Assembly (NCBI GenBank): GCA_021772515.1
Contig: JAJFLU010000057.1
Location: 1-26,031, forward strand
Direction: 5' to 3'
Length of the DNA stretch: 26,031 bases
Origin: Opitutales bacterium
GTDB lineage: Bacteria > Verrucomicrobiota > Verrucomicrobiia > Opitutales > UBA2987
Each line of letters starts with the position of its first letter. The first letter of the stretch is position 1. Below the pieces are notes generated by a model. The model did no database searches, was not told the DNA's origin, and saw nothing but the letters and a program-made list of their open reading frames with translations. The translations under genes and the position numbers were made by a program. This document shows positions 24,190-26,031 of the stretch, one piece after another.

Positions 24190-24731
24190 TTGATCTCTAC
24201 TGTTCTACTTGGAGCAAATCTCTCCAATCAGACGTTGCTTCAATCCGCAATCAGACGGGTTGACAACCAGCAATTGGACGACCATAGATCATTCTATCCG
24301 AGAATTCTGGAACGTGCCCTGAGGGAGGCATTGTCGGATACGCCTGTGGTTTGTTTGCTCGGCCCGAGGCAGAGCGGCAAGACCACGCTTGCGCAAGAGT
24401 TTGTACTGGGCCGGGCGTTCGTCAGTCTGGACGACGACAATATTTTCAAAACGGCTCAGGCCGATCCTGCCGGGTTCGTTACCAGCCTTCCAGAGGTGGT
24501 GACCTTGGATGAAGTTCAACGAGTACCGGAGCTCCTGCCCGCGATTAAACGCAGTGTTGACCGTGATCGCTGTCGGGCCGCTTTCTGCTCACCGGTTCCG
24601 CTAATCTGCTCTTGTTGCCGCGAGCTACCGAATCGCTGGCCGGGCGGATGGAGGCCATTCAACTACATCCCTTGACTGAGGCAGAGAAGGAGCGCAAACC
24701 GGGTGCATTTCTTCAGTTTATCTTTCGTTAG
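24190..24731 (+). pseudogene. Frameshifted and C-terminally truncated AAA_14/DUF4143-type ATPase
   Basis: Frame 1 (24190-24575) reads SFYPRILERALREAL..VVCLLGPRQSGKTTLA (Walker A)...VVTLDEVQRVPELLPAIKRSVDRDR. Homology then continues in another frame from about 24576 as GRFLLTGSANLLLLPRATESLAGRMEAIQLHPLTEAEKERKPGAFLQFIFR*, with the stop at 24729-24731. There is no ATG start, and the ~200-aa DUF4143 C-terminal half is missing. Confidence 0.7.
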
Positions 24732-25743
24732 TTGTGGCTCATCTGCCGAGCCAATGTCTTCGGTTCGATCGCCACGCGATGGCCCAAACCGGTCTTCTCG
24801 CGGATGTGCCGGATCGAGCAAAAACTTGCTTTTCCTTACCTTAAAAGAACGTCAGAAAGATAAAAAACAATGCCAATTTCCATAAAAACAAGTTCATCAG
24901 GGTTCTAGCGTAAAAATCTGATGTGGATTGAGAAAATAGGGGGGGAACAATTCCGGCGATGTTGGATAAAGGCAGAACCTCCTCGGGTAGTTCGAGGTTC
25001 AAGGTGGTCGCATGAATTCACGCCGTTGCATGCAGCGTTTGTAACATTGTGGATACTCACTTTTTATCGCTCAAGCCGAACAGGCGCAAGATCGTCACCA
25101 TCACGTTCCCGGCCGCTTTCATGCACTGGATACTTTCGAGGGGCGCAGAGATGAGCCGTTTTGCCTTCATAAATATCTTTACGCGAATTCGTAATCCAGT
25201 GATAATTGTTGATCCTTCTGGAAATTTCTCAATCTTCCCTCATTAGACGACAATTCGAGTTGCTTTTTTAATATTGAGTCTGAACTATCGGAGCCCAATA
25301 TCATTGGTTCATTTTCCGAGATACTTTTTGCGGATCTCGTAGGAATAAGGAAATCTTGCAAGTTCAAATCCTATCGCTGCTTTGAATAACGCAGATAATT
25401 ATGAATACTTTTCAGAGAAAGCTCTATAAGCGTTGTAAAACGATAATCGTTTATCTATTCGCAATACTTAACCGGACACTAGTGATTGACCATGCTTATT
25501 TAACGGATGCAAGAGAAACTTCAATCTCGGCAATCTCGGTAACACATTACTCCTCAAAACACACATAGATCGTGAAAAATCAGCCTCATTGGGAATTGGT
25601 CAATGTTTTTATTGATTAAAAGGTAATTGTGGGTTTTACCTAACGATCTGAAAAATCGGTCCTTATTAATAGAAGTAAAGTTTCATAATTCATAAACTAA
25701 TGTTTTTACGTTATTTAATTTGGGATCGGGAAGGAGAAGAATT

Positions 25744-26031
25744 TCATGATAATTTGTTATCCTCATTTACGATTCTAAAACAACGGCAATCAGAATTGTA
25801 ATATAATTTTGAAGAAAACTTCTCGTTTATGTCTTCGATGGATGACCCGATTAGCTTTAGTGGATTTTTATACCCGACAGTGATCAATTCATCTATAGGT
25901 AGGAAATCAAGACCGGCCAGGTGGTTGATGCATTGAAGCATGGTTGCCGACGAGCCGACGAGGCATTGTTTTTCGAAGTTATAAATGCGGCCGGACGGTT
26001 CTAAAACAACGTTATTTCCCATAGTATTATA
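25744..26031 (-). CDS. C-terminal fragment of a metal-dependent amidohydrolase (NagA-like); the frame is open to the right edge of the window
   Basis: The frame stays open upstream of the track ATG 26022 (YNT precedes MGNN). The sequence ...GRIYNFEKQCLVGSSATMLQCINHLAGL...ELITVGYKNPLKLIG resembles the NagA C-terminus (L.GS.LTM...v.nl......l.e.......P...lG). It lies in markedly AT-rich DNA. Confidence 0.35.
   Translation of the reverse strand, partial: YNTMGNNVVLEPSGRIYNFEKQCLVGSSATMLQCINHLAGLDFLPIDELITVGYKNPLKLIGSSIEDINEKFSSKLYYNSDCRCFRIVNEDNKLS

Noticed and set aside
24975-25000. 7-bp inverted repeat GAACCTC-N12-GAGGTTC
   Set aside because: The stem is short and the loop is 12 nt. No U-tract follows and no gene context makes it a terminator or operator.
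25522-25539. Tandem duplication CAATCTCGG x2, which shares CAATCTCG with the deoA leader box
   Set aside because: It is a two-unit 9-nt tandem in non-coding DNA, consistent with slippage. The 8-nt match to the deoA box is within chance expectation.
25179-25574. Small ORFs in the AT-rich segment: the minus-strand 62-aa ORF (25179-25367), a following 56-codon open frame, and a plus-strand 57-aa ORF from ATG 25401 with a basic-plus-hydrophobic N-terminus (MNTFQRKLYKRCKTIIVYLFAIL...)
   Set aside because: No recognisable motifs or RBS. AT-rich DNA generates short ORFs of this kind readily. They are kept only as possible decayed fragments.
1-26031. Search by eye for CRISPR arrays, tRNA/rRNA genes, reverse transcriptase/retron or DGR features, integrases and transposases
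   Set aside because: None was recognised. There are no regularly spaced direct repeats with unique spacers, no tRNA-like cloverleaf segments that I could identify, and no RT, integrase or transposase motifs in any ORF. tRNAscan, Infernal and a CRISPR finder would be needed for a definitive negative.

Overview
This is a densely coding bacterial chromosomal window, probably from a diderm given the Sec leaders, a LolA-like lipoprotein and an RND exporter. About 23 kb is devoted to nucleic-acid, nucleoside and pyrimidine scavenging, followed by a roughly 2.7 kb AT-richer, gene-poor, decayed segment at the right end. Left to right: (1) Reductive pyrimidine catabolism preT-preA followed by a truncated mmsA-like aldehyde dehydrogenase (minus strand), divergent from beta-ureidopropionase and a secreted multidomain EEP nuclease/phosphatase. 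(2) A tight five-gene minus-strand operon that interleaves two leader-bearing DUF62 paralogs (SAM hydroxide adenosyltransferase / chlorinase-fluorinase fold) with an SDR, a DUF1537 acid-sugar kinase and a beta-hydroxyacid dehydrogenase. (3) Divergent from it, a cytochrome P450 and a leader-bearing MTA/SAH-nucleosidase-like protein. (4) A LolA-like lipoprotein plus a COG1033/MMPL-type RND exporter with a C-terminal cyclic-nucleotide-binding domain. (5) An SDR, then deoB-deoA-punA and an NCS2/NAT nucleobase permease. (6) An orphan ParB-like HTH gene, an iteron-like array of TTTGCTTCA boxes, a frameshifted and truncated AAA_14/DUF4143 ATPase, non-coding AT-rich DNA, and an edge-truncated amidohydrolase C-terminus. 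I found no rRNA, tRNA or CRISPR array by eye. The best candidate for an undescribed system is the DUF62 / DUF1537 / dehydrogenase operon together with the divergent P450-nucleosidase pair. Its enzyme logic resembles the SalL and FlA 5'-halo-5'-deoxyadenosine routes. It differs in that the adenosyl-cleaving enzymes appear to be exported and an acid-sugar kinase is added. All functional calls rest on motif recognition and manual alignment from memory; no database search was run.
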